Origin: Candidatus Poribacteria bacterium
GTDB taxonomy: Bacteria; Poribacteria; WGA-4E; JAJDTR01
NCBI GenBank assembly: GCA_028820655.1
Contig: JAPPIK010000014.1
Coordinates: forward strand, 271,079-335,078
DNA length: 64,000 nt
Direction: 5' to 3'
In this document: piece by piece, positions 22,929 through 32,604 of the stretch
How positions within the stretch are numbered: position 1 is the first letter of the stretch
How the letters are laid out: every line of letters begins with the position of its first letter
Made by a program: the position numbers and the translations under genes
Notes under the pieces: generated by a model
Databases searched by the model: none
What the model was told of the DNA's origin: nothing
What the model saw: only the letters and a program-made list of their open reading frames with translations

Positions 22929-24296
22929 ATGAAAGCAATTATCATAGGAGCCGGGGAAGTTGGCTTCCACACCGCGCGGGTGCTGACAGCCGAGAGGGAC
23001 AACGATGTTGTGCTTATCGACCAGTCAGCTACGGTCTGTCAGCGCGCACAGGAACAGTTGGATCTACTTGCCCTGCAAGGATCGGGCGCGTCTCCAACGC
23101 TATTGATGAGGGCGGGAATTGAAGAAGCGGGATTGTTAATCGCCGTGACCAACAGCGATGAGATTAATATCCTCGCGTGCACGATTGCAGCGCAATTTCG
23201 AGTTCGAACAAAAGTCGCGCGCGTCTCTTCCCCGGAATACTTTGAGGAACAGAGCAGCCTTCGACCGGAAGATTTGAAAATAGATCTTCTCATCAATCCT
23301 GAACAACTCTGTGCACAAGAATTTTATCGTCTCCTGAACACGCCTGAAACGCGTGAAATAGTCGAATTTGAGGATGGCAAAGTTCGATTAGTTGCATTCC
23401 GCGTAAAAGCACCGAACCCGTTTCAGGGTAAATCGATGATTCAGCTAGGGAGCGAAGGGCTGGTTTCCAATCTGAGATTCACCGGGATTAAGCGCGTAGA
23501 CAGCACAACAGTTGTTCCCAAAGGCAACGACGTAATTTACGAAGGGGACGAGGTATTTGCAATAGGCAGTCAAGACGCCATTGCGGTGCTGCTAGAACGT
23601 TCAGGGGTTTCCCTTGATGAAAAATTACATCGCGTGGTTATCGCGGGAGCAGGACGAATCGGGATATATCTTGCTCGGACACTTGAACGGGACGGGGTGA
23701 GCGTCAAGCTAATCGAGGTGGATAGAGAAAAGGCGGAGATTGCGTCAAGGACCCTGAAACGCACAACGGTTCTCCATGGGGATTACCTTAAACCCGGCTT
23801 TCTTGAGGAGGCGGGTGTCCAAGAAGCCGACGGATTCGTCTCCGTTACCGGGGATGATGAGAATGACGTTATGGCCTGTGTCACGGCAAAACAAAGCGGC
23901 GCCGCACGTGTTCTGGCATTGGTTCAGCAACCGCGTTATCTACCCATCCTCGCAGCCATTCCCACGCTAGATTCGGCGGTGAGCCGCCATTTGACCGCGG
24001 TCGGCAGTATCTTGGGCCTCGTTCGGAGAGGGCACATCGTTTCGGTAGCATCGCTTCGAGAAATAGAAGCGGAAGTCATTGACATCGTAGCGCAAGCCAA
24101 TTCCAAAATCGTTCGCAAAGATTTGATCTCACTGGGACGAAGATTTCCTCGCGACGCACTCATCGGTGCCATTGTGCGGCGCGAAAAAGTGTTAGTACCT
24201 ACAGGGAAAAGCGTTATTCAGGTGGGTGACCGCGTCATTATTTTCAGCATGCCCCACGCAATCCCGGAAATTGAGGATCTTTTTACGGCGCGGTAG
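22929..24296 (+). CDS. trkA: Trk system K+ uptake protein TrkA (tandem NAD-binding/RCK domains)
   Basis: Two Rossmann motifs 'IIGAGEVG' and 'IAGAGRIG' each followed by a TrkA-C region. Confidence 0.9.
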   Translation: MKAIIIGAGEVGFHTARVLTAERDNDVVLIDQSATVCQRAQEQLDLLALQGSGASPTLLMRAGIEEAGLLIAVTNSDEINILACTIAAQFRVRTKVARVSSPEYFEEQSSLRPEDLKIDLLINPEQLCAQEFYRLLNTPETREIVEFEDGKVRLVAFRVKAPNPFQGKSMIQLGSEGLVSNLRFTGIKRVDSTTVVPKGNDVIYEGDEVFAIGSQDAIAVLLERSGVSLDEKLHRVVIAGAGRIGIYLARTLERDGVSVKLIEVDREKAEIASRTLKRTTVLHGDYLKPGFLEEAGVQEADGFVSVTGDDENDVMACVTAKQSGAARVLALVQQPRYLPILAAIPTLDSAVSRHLTAVGSILGLVRRGHIVSVASLREIEAEVIDIVAQANSKIVRKDLISLGRRFPRDALIGAIVRREKVLVPTGKSVIQVGDRVIIFSMPHAIPEIEDLFTAR

Positions 24297-24473
24297 TTCT
24301 TAAGCCTTGGATATTAAGGTGCCCGGAGCAGTCGGTTCGGTTGCCGCATGCGACAGTATTAAGCGCTTCCAAGATTCGAGTTCTTGCGCGGACAAGCACA
24401 ACCCGTCACTTATGCGGTCTTTACCGTACTCCGCGATCCAATGTGTCACAGATCTCCTACCCACTAGCCAATC

Positions 24474-25970
24474 TTGAATTTTAGATTAGTTCTCTACACA
24501 CTTGGCAACCTGCTGATTTTCCTCGCAGGATCAATGCTCCTTCCTCTTGTTGTAGCCCTGATTTATAGAGGAGCGGAAGGCGATACCGACCTCCGGGCGT
24601 TCGTGTTTTCTTTTGCGATTACATGTCTGACAGGGATTGTCCTGCGCTTTGGCGCCAGATCCAAGGAAGAATTGCGCAACAAGGAGGGAGCTGCAGTTGT
24701 CGCGTTCGGTTGGACTGCATGTGCTTTATTCGGCTCTCTCCCCTATCTCATCAACGGCGTCTTTGGCAACATCGACAGGAACATCCTGGTCGAGTTCTCG
24801 TTCTGTTTTTTTGAATCCATGTCGGGGTTTACGACCACGGGAGCGACAGTCCTCACACAGATTGAAGGGATTTCCGAAGGCATTCTCTTCTGGCGCAGTT
24901 TTACTCACTGGCTAGGCGGGATGGGGATCGTTGTTTTGGCCGTCGCAATTCTGCCGATGCTCGGCGTCGGAGGGATGCAGTTGTTCCGAGCGGAAACGCC
25001 AGGTCCCCATAAGGAACGCTTAACACCACGTATCGCCCAGACGGCGAAATTGCTCTGGGGCGTCTACGTGCTGTTTTCGACGGTCGAGGTGTTATTGTTG
25101 CGGCTAGGAGGTATGACGTGGTTCGACGCGCTTTGTCATACGTTTGGCACGATGGCGACTGGGGGGTTTTCTACCAAGAATCTGAGCATTGGTCAGTATG
25201 ACAGTGTTTATATCGATGTGGTAATTACTATCTTTATGTTCCTCGCCGGGACCAATTTTGCGCTGCATTACCGCGCACTGCGCGGAAACTTTAACAGTTA
25301 TCTCAGAGATGCCGAATTTCGCTTTTTCGGACTCATCTTCCTTCTGTGTACAGGGTTAATCGTTTGGAACACGATGAGCATGACAGTGGGAGATTCCGTC
25401 GTCTATGATTCATTTGGAGACGCGCTGCGCTATGCTTCCTTTCAGGTCGGCGCCATCCTTACAGGGACCGGCTACGGAACCTATGACTTCGAATCATGGC
25501 CCGCACTTTCGCAATTTCTATTGGTGGTTCTCATGTTCTTTGGCGGGTGCGCCGGATCTACGACCGGCGGGTTGAAGCAGATACGATTTCTACTCCTAAT
25601 CAAACAGGGGTACGTGGAGATAAAAAGATTTATACTCCCTCACGCCGTATTACCCGTCAAGGTCGGTGATCGAGTCGTTCCACAAGAGGTGATGACCAAT
25701 GTGCTCGGAATTTTCTTTCTCTTTATCGGCATCTTCGCCATTGTGACTTGCATAATGGCGGCGCTTGGATTGGACATGGTTAGTGCGGCGGCCTCCACTA
25801 TTGCAACGTTGGCGAACATTGGCCCCGGACTGGGCAGTGTGGGGCCTACTGACAACTACGCCCATATCCCGACAGTCGGGAAATTCATCCTTAGTTTTTG
25901 TATGCTGCTTGGACGCTTGGAGCTATATACCGTGCTCGTTCTGTTTGCCCCCGAGCTGTGGAGGAAATGA
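24474..25970 (+). CDS. trkH: Trk/Ktr family K+ transporter membrane subunit TrkH
   Basis: Repeated selectivity-filter-like 'GFTTTG' / 'TGGFST' / 'TGYGT' segments; polytopic. Confidence 0.9.
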   Translation: MNFRLVLYTLGNLLIFLAGSMLLPLVVALIYRGAEGDTDLRAFVFSFAITCLTGIVLRFGARSKEELRNKEGAAVVAFGWTACALFGSLPYLINGVFGNIDRNILVEFSFCFFESMSGFTTTGATVLTQIEGISEGILFWRSFTHWLGGMGIVVLAVAILPMLGVGGMQLFRAETPGPHKERLTPRIAQTAKLLWGVYVLFSTVEVLLLRLGGMTWFDALCHTFGTMATGGFSTKNLSIGQYDSVYIDVVITIFMFLAGTNFALHYRALRGNFNSYLRDAEFRFFGLIFLLCTGLIVWNTMSMTVGDSVVYDSFGDALRYASFQVGAILTGTGYGTYDFESWPALSQFLLVVLMFFGGCAGSTTGGLKQIRFLLLIKQGYVEIKRFILPHAVLPVKVGDRVVPQEVMTNVLGIFFLFIGIFAIVTCIMAALGLDMVSAAASTIATLANIGPGLGSVGPTDNYAHIPTVGKFILSFCMLLGRLELYTVLVLFAPELWRK

Positions 25971-26006
25971 CCCGCACGGCGCAATGTGTGAAGAAACGGG
26001 ATAAAT

Positions 26007-26645
26007 ATGGAAACGGATGAACTTCGTCGAGAGTACAATTCCGCCGGTTTGCCAGAATCGGCCGCGTCTAAGAACCCGTTTGACCAATTTAAACTTTGGT
26101 TTCAACAGGCGGTTGACGCGAAGATCGATTTACCGGACGCCATGACGCTCGCGACAGTGTCAAAGGATTCCATCCCGTCGGCGAGAATAGTCCTGCTACG
26201 GGGATTCGATGAACGCGGTTTGGTTTTTTTTACAGATTATCAGAGTCAAAAAGGACAGGAACTGGCGGTAAACCCACATGCCGCATTGGTTTTTTTTTGG
26301 CGAGAGCTGGACCGGCAAATCCGAGTTTCGGGAACAGTGAATACGGTTTCGCGTGAGGAATCGGACAAATATTTTCGAAGCCGCCCTGTCGGTAGTCAGT
26401 TGGCAGCGTTGGCATCAAACCAGGGCGAAGTCATTCCCAATCGGCAGAAATTAGAAAGTAAGTACATGCAACTGGCGGAAACCTATCGGCATAAGGAGGT
26501 TCCACTTCCGCCGTACTGGGGCGGATTTCGTCTATCGCCTGACTGGTTCGAGTTTTGGCAGGGGCGCCCCAACCGCCTGCACGACCGTCTCCGCTATACC
26601 CAGCGTTCCGATGAAGGCTGGAAAATCGAAAGGCTATCACCGTAG
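26007..26645 (+). CDS. pdxH: Pyridoxamine 5'-phosphate oxidase
   Basis: 'RIVLLRGFDERG..FFT.Y.S.KG.EL..NP.AALVFFW..L.RQ.R' and C-terminal 'GGFR..P...EFWQGR..RLHDR'. Confidence 0.9.
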   Translation: METDELRREYNSAGLPESAASKNPFDQFKLWFQQAVDAKIDLPDAMTLATVSKDSIPSARIVLLRGFDERGLVFFTDYQSQKGQELAVNPHAALVFFWRELDRQIRVSGTVNTVSREESDKYFRSRPVGSQLAALASNQGEVIPNRQKLESKYMQLAETYRHKEVPLPPYWGGFRLSPDWFEFWQGRPNRLHDRLRYTQRSDEGWKIERLSP

Positions 26646-26697
26646 AATTTCTTCGAAAAGACACCAATTCAAGCTGCGTTCAATGTCGAAAAAATTC

Positions 26698-26726
26698 TTG
26701 ACACAGTTCCTAGAATATGTGATAAT
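26698..26726 (+). promoter_or_regulatory. Sigma-70-type promoter: -35 TTGACA (26698-26703), 17-bp spacer, -10 GATAAT (26721-26726), ~310 nt upstream of nuoA
   Basis: Read from sequence. Confidence 0.45.
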
Positions 26727-26968
26727 ATAATCGCATTTTGACTAATTGGTAGGTAGTATAGAGGACGGGTTGTTGTAACCTGTTCCCCGAGTTGACACGA
26801 ATTGTCCCACCATTGAACCGCGCGATTGGATATTGTGCGTGTCCGATGTCCCGGTCTCCTAGTTAGAATTAGGATTTACTCCGTTGCAAGGCTTCTTCTT
26901 TCTTCGTAAATTGGATTTTGAAACTAGAAAATGGGCGGCATCTTGCCCACTTCTTTTTGGCTTGGGCA

Positions 26969-26984
26969 TGTGAAAAATTTCACA
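26969..26984 (+). promoter_or_regulatory. Perfect CRP-family-type palindrome TGTGA-N6-TCACA centred ~41.5 bp upstream of a possible TSS (-10 TATCTT 27006-27011), 57 bp before nuoA
   Basis: tgtgaaaaatttcaca read directly; matches canonical CRP/FNR-family half-sites with 6-bp spacer. Confidence 0.45.
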
Positions 26985-27040
26985 AGCGCAACATTCCCGG
27001 CCGCATATCTTGATCTGAGCACATCGTTCAGCGCACACGA

Positions 27041-27409
27041 ATGCTAATTGATTACCTGCCAATTCTGCTGTTATTGGTCTTTGCCATCGGCTTTGCGGCT
27101 ATCAACCTCGCCCTTTCTCATCTCCTCGGTCCAAAGAAACCAACCCCATCGAAGCTTTCCGTCTACGAATCCGGCGTTCAACCTGTGGGAAACGCGCGCC
27201 AGCGATTCACCATTCGATTCGATCTCATCGCCATGCTTTTCATTATTTTCGATATTGAGGTGGTGTTTCTCTATCCTTGGGCGATTGTATTCAAGAAATT
27301 CTCGGAGAGCAGCGGCTATTTCATTTTAATCGAGATGCTGGTTTTCATCGGCATTCTCTTTTTGGGTTACATCTACGCGTGGAAGAAAGGTGGTTTGACA
27401 TGGGATTAG
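27041..27409 (+). CDS. nuoA: NADH-quinone oxidoreductase subunit A
   Basis: Three TM helices, 'YESG..P.G.AR.RF...F...A.LF..FD.E..FL.PW' pattern. Confidence 0.9.
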   Translation: MLIDYLPILLLLVFAIGFAAINLALSHLLGPKKPTPSKLSVYESGVQPVGNARQRFTIRFDLIAMLFIIFDIEVVFLYPWAIVFKKFSESSGYFILIEMLVFIGILFLGYIYAWKKGGLTWD

Positions 27410-27912
27410 AAAATAGATCTGACGACAATATCATCACTACCACTGTCGACAAGGTAATCAATTGGGGGCGAAAAAACTCGCTCTGGCCGATGCCATTCGG
27501 GACTGCTTGTTGCGCCATTGAAATGATGGCTACGCTGGCATCAAAGTATGATTTGTCGCGCTTTGGGGCGGAAGCCATCCGATTTTCACCGCGCCAATCG
27601 GATTTGCTAATTGTTTCCGGTCGGATTTCGCTCAAAATGATGCCGGTGCTGAAGAAGATTTATGATCAGATGCCGGAGCCCAAGTGGGTCATCTCAATGG
27701 GGGCGTGCGCGTCTTGCGGCGGCGTATTTGATACGTACACGTTGATCCAGGGTGTCGATCAGTTTCTTCCCGTTGATATGTATATTCCAGGTTGTCCACC
27801 CCGCCCCGAAGATTTGATTGATGCAGTGCTGCAGATTCAGCGTCAAATCGATGCGGGTGAATTCCCCAAAGGTACAATTCCCGATGCGAACAGCGTTAGT
27901 GTCGCAGGATAA
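27400..27912 (+). CDS. nuoB: NADH-quinone oxidoreductase subunit B (20 kDa, N2 cluster)
   Basis: '[11 protein letters not shown]', 'GACASCGG', 'IPGCPPRPE' Fe-S ligands; overlaps nuoA stop by 10 nt. Confidence 0.95.
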   Translation: MGLENRSDDNIITTTVDKVINWGRKNSLWPMPFGTACCAIEMMATLASKYDLSRFGAEAIRFSPRQSDLLIVSGRISLKMMPVLKKIYDQMPEPKWVISMGACASCGGVFDTYTLIQGVDQFLPVDMYIPGCPPRPEDLIDAVLQIQRQIDAGEFPKGTIPDANSVSVAG

Positions 27913-27918
27913 ATCATC

Positions 27919-28473
27919 ATGAGTGAAGAGGAAAAAGACACCACGAATTCAGAAAAATCACCTGCGGTTTTTGAGAGGGTCAAGGAACAGTTTCAGGATG
28001 GCGTCCTTGACCTCTCGGAGGAGTTTGACGAGTTATCGATTGTCGCGCACAAAGATTTCGTGTACGGCATATTGGAATTCCTGAAAAACGACGCCGAACT
28101 GTCGTACGATTTTCTCGTCGATGTCACCGCGGTTGATTATTCCCAGATGGAGGACGTGCTGACGAAGTACGATTATGCGCGATTCATGGTGGTCTATCAC
28201 CTCTACTCCTATAAAACGGGTCACCGCCTGCGCGTTAAGGCGCCGGTGCATGAAAAAGAGTTGTCGGTTCGCACAGTGACATCACTCTGGAAGGGCGCGG
28301 CTTGGCTGGAGCGAGAGGCGTACGATATGTTCGGGATTACCTTCGAGAACCACCCGGATCTTCGTCGGATATTGATGCCGGACGATTTTGAAGGGTACCC
28401 ACTCTGCAAAGATTATCCGTTGCGAGGTCGCGGCGAACGTGAAACCTTTGATTTTGAGCGTCAAAATGCCTAA
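27919..28473 (+). CDS. nuoC: NADH-quinone oxidoreductase subunit C (30 kDa)
   Basis: 'W..A.W.EREAYDMFGI.F..HPDLRR' signature. Confidence 0.9.
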   Translation: MSEEEKDTTNSEKSPAVFERVKEQFQDGVLDLSEEFDELSIVAHKDFVYGILEFLKNDAELSYDFLVDVTAVDYSQMEDVLTKYDYARFMVVYHLYSYKTGHRLRVKAPVHEKELSVRTVTSLWKGAAWLEREAYDMFGITFENHPDLRRILMPDDFEGYPLCKDYPLRGRGERETFDFERQNA

Positions 28474-28514
28474 CCTCAATTCAATCCGGTCTTGACGAGG
28501 GGGTCATACAAGAT

Positions 28515-29711
28515 ATGCACGCAGATATGGAACGGGTAGCGGGCGAAAAAATGATGTTGAACTTCGGTCCTCAACATCCGGCGACGCACGGCACACTCCG
28601 GATCGTGTTGGAGCTTGACGGCGAAACGGTTGTCAAAGCCACGCCTCATCTCGGCTACCTCCATACCGGTTTTGAAAAACTCGGCGAACACCTTGACTAC
28701 AATCAGTACATTGTTGTCACGGACCGGATGAACTATCTCTCTCCCCTTTCCAACAACTTTGGCTACGTCCTCGCCGTTGAAAAGCTGCTCGGCTTGGAAA
28801 TACCCAAGCGCGGCGAGTACGTGCGGGTTATCATGGCAGAGTTGTCGCGTCTTGCCGATCACCTTATCTGGTTGGGAATGGGCGCTCTCGATCTTGGCGC
28901 ATTCACCGCATTTCTTTACGGATTCAAAGAGCGCGAGAAACTGTACAGCATTTTCGAGAAGACAACAGGAGCCCGCTTAACCACGAGCTATACGCGCGTC
29001 GGGGGTGTTTTGAGAGATTTGTATGACGGATTCGAGGAGGAAGTCAATGCGTTTCTTTCAGCGTTTCCGAAAACGCTCAAGGAGGTGCACACGCTCTTGA
29101 CCCGGAATCGTATCTGGATGGATCGGACGAAAGAGGTTGGCGTCATCTCGGGCGAAGATGCCATCAGTTACGGTTTGACGGGACCTTGTCTGCGCGCCTC
29201 CGGTGTAGGGCACGATCTGAGAAAGGCTGAACCTTACTCTTCTTACGAGGATTTTGATTTTGACGTAGCGGTGGGCGACAACGGAGACGTGTACGACCGC
29301 TATCTCGTTCGGATGGAGGAGATGGTGCAGAGTTGTCATATCGTTAGACAGGCGATGGACAATCTTCCCGATGGGCCCGTCAATGTTCCGGACAACAAAA
29401 TCATGTTGCCTGAGAAGAAGGATGCCTACGGACATATCGAGGGGTTAATCCACCACTTCAAGATCATAATGGACGGGCACGGCGTTCAGCCGCCGCGCGG
29501 TGAAATCTATTCCGCCACCGAGTCGCCTAACGGCGAACTCGGATTCTACATCGTCAGCGATGGAAGTGGCACCGCTTATCGGATTCGCATTCGTCCACCG
29601 AGCTTACTGCAATATCAGGTGGTACCCCACATGATCGAGGGGGGCATGGTATCGGACGTCGTTGCTGTGCTGGGTAGTTTGAATGTTATTGCCGGAGAGT
29701 TGGATCGGTAG
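28515..29711 (+). CDS. nuoD: NADH-quinone oxidoreductase subunit D (49 kDa)
   Basis: 'NFGPQHPATHGTLR' N-terminal signature; 398 aa. Confidence 0.95.
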   Translation: MHADMERVAGEKMMLNFGPQHPATHGTLRIVLELDGETVVKATPHLGYLHTGFEKLGEHLDYNQYIVVTDRMNYLSPLSNNFGYVLAVEKLLGLEIPKRGEYVRVIMAELSRLADHLIWLGMGALDLGAFTAFLYGFKEREKLYSIFEKTTGARLTTSYTRVGGVLRDLYDGFEEEVNAFLSAFPKTLKEVHTLLTRNRIWMDRTKEVGVISGEDAISYGLTGPCLRASGVGHDLRKAEPYSSYEDFDFDVAVGDNGDVYDRYLVRMEEMVQSCHIVRQAMDNLPDGPVNVPDNKIMLPEKKDAYGHIEGLIHHFKIIMDGHGVQPPRGEIYSATESPNGELGFYIVSDGSGTAYRIRIRPPSLLQYQVVPHMIEGGMVSDVVAVLGSLNVIAGELDR

Positions 29712-29771
29712 AATTGATTAGGTTGCCGCTGCTGTTTAAGTTAAGAATACGGGATATTCGAGGAAAGTTGT

Positions 29772-30113
29772 GTGAAACTCGGGGGCATCATACTCTTTAT
29801 CAAGGACATGCAGCGCGCTATCGTGTATTACCGCGATATCATCGGCTTGCATCCGGATGAAGAGCAACCGTATTCGGCCGACAGTTTTTTCCGCTTTGAC
29901 ACCGGACAATGTAAACTCTGTCTCCACAAAGCGGGGAAGCCGAACGGCGGAAGACAGAAGATTGTCTTTCACGTTGAGAGTGTCAGCGAGGTCCATCGGA
30001 ACTTGAAGGCGAAAGGATTGCAACTGAGACCATTGAAGAATGAGGATGGGCTAGCGGTGTTCGACATTAGAGATCCCGAAGGCAACCGGATTCAGTTTTG
30101 GGGGAGCTACTAG
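29772..30113 (+). CDS. VOC family protein (glyoxalase/bleomycin-resistance/dioxygenase fold) inserted between nuoD and nuoE
   Basis: ~113 aa, GTG start after gaggaaag RBS; beta-alpha-beta(3) VOC pattern 'GGIILFIKDMQRAIVYYRDIIGL...FHVESVSEVHRNLKAKG...DPEGNRIQF'. Confidence 0.65.
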   Translation: MKLGGIILFIKDMQRAIVYYRDIIGLHPDEEQPYSADSFFRFDTGQCKLCLHKAGKPNGGRQKIVFHVESVSEVHRNLKAKGLQLRPLKNEDGLAVFDIRDPEGNRIQFWGSY

Positions 30114-30471
30114 AAAAGTGTCTCGTAGCAAGTTCAACATGCCGGCATAGATAACCCAGACCAGGCTTCTTTGGCTCTTGGCGATTGTTTATCTGTTTAT
30201 ACCATTTCGCTTGAAAAATAGTGCATATGATGTCTTTACTATATCGATCACTTACTCCGTAGGCGGGGCATCTTGCCCCGCATTGGAGCAACTTAATTCA
30301 CGTCATTTATGCACTGTCATTCTAAAGAAATGGAATTAGGAGCCGTCGTCCCGATTATTGGTATAGTTGTCGCTGTAGCCTCTCGCACTGATAGTTCTCC
30401 GGACTGATGTAAACCACTGATGCCCATTCTCCAGTTCCCGAGACACCTCGTACGCATGGCTCGTAAGGAAA

Positions 30472-30999
30472 TTGCAGATGTCTGATGAGTTGATTCATAT
30501 CGAAACACCATTTGAATTTTCAGAATCAAACAGACAGGAAGTTAACGAACTCATCCAGCGGTATCCGGTGAAGGAAGCCGCCATGCTGCCCGTTCTTCAT
30601 GTTGCGCAAAAACAGGCGGGCTACATCACGCCGGGGGTCATGAGACACGTCGCGGAACTCCTGGAGGTTTCGGTGATGAAGGTCAAGGATGTGGTGACGT
30701 TCTATCCCATGTTCTTCGAAGAACCTGTGGGGGAGTATGTTATTCGTGTCTGTTACACGCTGCCCTGCGCACTGCGCGATTGCAAATTGGTGCTAGATCA
30801 TTTGAAAGAGAAACTCGGAACAGATATAGCATCCGAGACGGACTTGGCGAAAGGGACAACCGGTGATGGAAAATTCACCATTCTCAAATCTGAGTGCCTA
30901 GCATCTTGTGATGTAGCCCCCGTAATGATGGTCAACGACGATCTCTACAAAAACCTCACACCGGAAAAGGTCGATGAAATTCTGGGCGGCTTAACATAA
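30472..30999 (+). CDS. nuoE: NADH-quinone oxidoreductase subunit E (24 kDa, 2Fe-2S)
   Basis: Cys ligands 'CYTLPC' ... 'CLASCDVAP' in thioredoxin-like fold. Confidence 0.9.
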   Translation: MQMSDELIHIETPFEFSESNRQEVNELIQRYPVKEAAMLPVLHVAQKQAGYITPGVMRHVAELLEVSVMKVKDVVTFYPMFFEEPVGEYVIRVCYTLPCALRDCKLVLDHLKEKLGTDIASETDLAKGTTGDGKFTILKSECLASCDVAPVMMVNDDLYKNLTPEKVDEILGGLT

Positions 31000-31014
31000 G
31001 GTGAGAGCGGAACC

Positions 31015-32487
31015 ATGATTCAAGAACGACGAATACTCTACGAACACCTTGATGTCCCGGGCATAAACACCTTCGATGTGTTTCGCCAGTACGATGGCTA
31101 CAAACGCTTCGAGAAGACACTGGACGAGTATCAGCCGGACGAGATTGCGGACATGGTGATGAAGTCGGGATTGAAGGGCAGAGGCGGCGCGGGATTCTCG
31201 ACCGGACTCAAATGGAGTTTTGTGCCGCGCGATATCGAGCCTCGTTACTTGTGCTGCAACGCCGATGAGAGCGAGCCCGGCACCTTTAGCAATCGGTATG
31301 TCTTGGAGAAAAACCCGCACCTGCTCATTGAGGGCATTCTCATCTGTTGCTACGCAATGGGTATTCATACGACATATATCTATATACGCGGCGAATTTAC
31401 GCTCGGCAAGCGGATGCTCGATCAAGCGATCGCGGAAGCTTACGAGCACGGGTATCTGGGCAAGGACATCCTCGGCAAAGGGTTTGATTTGGATGTGTAT
31501 TCTCACCCGGGCGCCGGCGCCTATATCTGTGGCGAAGAGACGGGACTGATTGAATCGCTGGAAGGAAAACGAGGCCAACCGCGAAACAAGCCGCCGTTCC
31601 CGGCGGTGTCCGGGGTGTTCAACAAACCGACCGTCGTACAAAATGTGGAGACATTGTGCAATCTGCCGTTCATCGTTGATAAAGGGGTCGAATGGTATAC
31701 AAGCATGGGACCCACTTATGGCGACACGAGATTCGATCCGCCTCAGGCTGACCAAAACACCGGCACAAAGCTTTACTGCATCAGCGGAGATGTAGAAAAA
31801 CCCGGCGTCTACGAGCTAGACCTTGGACTCACTTGCGAGGAGTTGATTGAGGTTGCGGGCGGGCTGAGAGGAGATCGGGTAAAAGCCGTTATTCCAGGCG
31901 GCAGTTCGGCGCCAATTCTGGCGCACTATGAGTTGGACACGCGCTTGGACTTCACTTCCCTGACGTTGGCGAAGTCTATGCTCGGATCGGGCGGAATCAT
32001 TGTGATGAATGACACTCGTAACATCGTCGACTGCCTGCTGAATATCATGAAGTTTTATGCGCACGAATCCTGCGGACAGTGCACGCCGTGCCGCTGGGGA
32101 ACACCTTGGGTGCGGGACATTGTCCAACGCATCGCGGATGGCGAGGGGCGTACATCCACGATCACTCGACCGAAGTTTGGCGTCACGGAAAACGGCAGAT
32201 GGGGCGACACGGGGGAGATAGAGGAAATCTACGAGGATCTTGACTTGCTGGAGAGCGTTGCGAACAACATCGCGAATGTGGACACGATGACGTGGAATAC
32301 AATCTGTGTGTTCGGCATTGCCGTCTCCTGGCCCGCCGTAAGTTACATGCGGAAATTTCGTCCGGAGTTTGAAGCGTGCATTCGCGAAGGCAAGCTGGTT
32401 ACGCTTCCGGTAGACGAAGCGACGGTACCACCCGAAGAGAATTATGCTTACCAACAGCGGATTATCCCCAAGCTGCTTGAAACGTAA
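31015..32487 (+). CDS. nuoF: NADH-quinone oxidoreductase subunit F (51 kDa, FMN/NADH site, N3 cluster)
   Basis: 'GRGGAGFSTGLKWSF', 'ESCGQCTPCR'; ~60-aa C-terminal extension relative to typical NuoF. Confidence 0.95.
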   Translation: MIQERRILYEHLDVPGINTFDVFRQYDGYKRFEKTLDEYQPDEIADMVMKSGLKGRGGAGFSTGLKWSFVPRDIEPRYLCCNADESEPGTFSNRYVLEKNPHLLIEGILICCYAMGIHTTYIYIRGEFTLGKRMLDQAIAEAYEHGYLGKDILGKGFDLDVYSHPGAGAYICGEETGLIESLEGKRGQPRNKPPFPAVSGVFNKPTVVQNVETLCNLPFIVDKGVEWYTSMGPTYGDTRFDPPQADQNTGTKLYCISGDVEKPGVYELDLGLTCEELIEVAGGLRGDRVKAVIPGGSSAPILAHYELDTRLDFTSLTLAKSMLGSGGIIVMNDTRNIVDCLLNIMKFYAHESCGQCTPCRWGTPWVRDIVQRIADGEGRTSTITRPKFGVTENGRWGDTGEIEEIYEDLDLLESVANNIANVDTMTWNTICVFGIAVSWPAVSYMRKFRPEFEACIREGKLVTLPVDEATVPPEENYAYQQRIIPKLLET

Positions 32488-32604
32488 ACTGTGGAGCAAC
32501 GCATTGTACGTCTCGGATTAGATGTCATATGTAGAAATTAAAATTGCATAAGGTGTTTGCTGGAGGGAACCCGAAACGCCAAATCGAACTGACCGGTAAA
32601 ATGC

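Noticed and set aside
26859-27062. 67-aa - strand ORF in the nuoA leader
   Set aside because: Cys/Lys-rich low-complexity frame overlapping the nuoA start; no support.
30991-31755. 254-aa ORF on the - strand
   Set aside because: Lies entirely antisense to the strongly supported nuoF CDS. It has no recognisable motifs. It is a typical GC-rich antisense shadow ORF.
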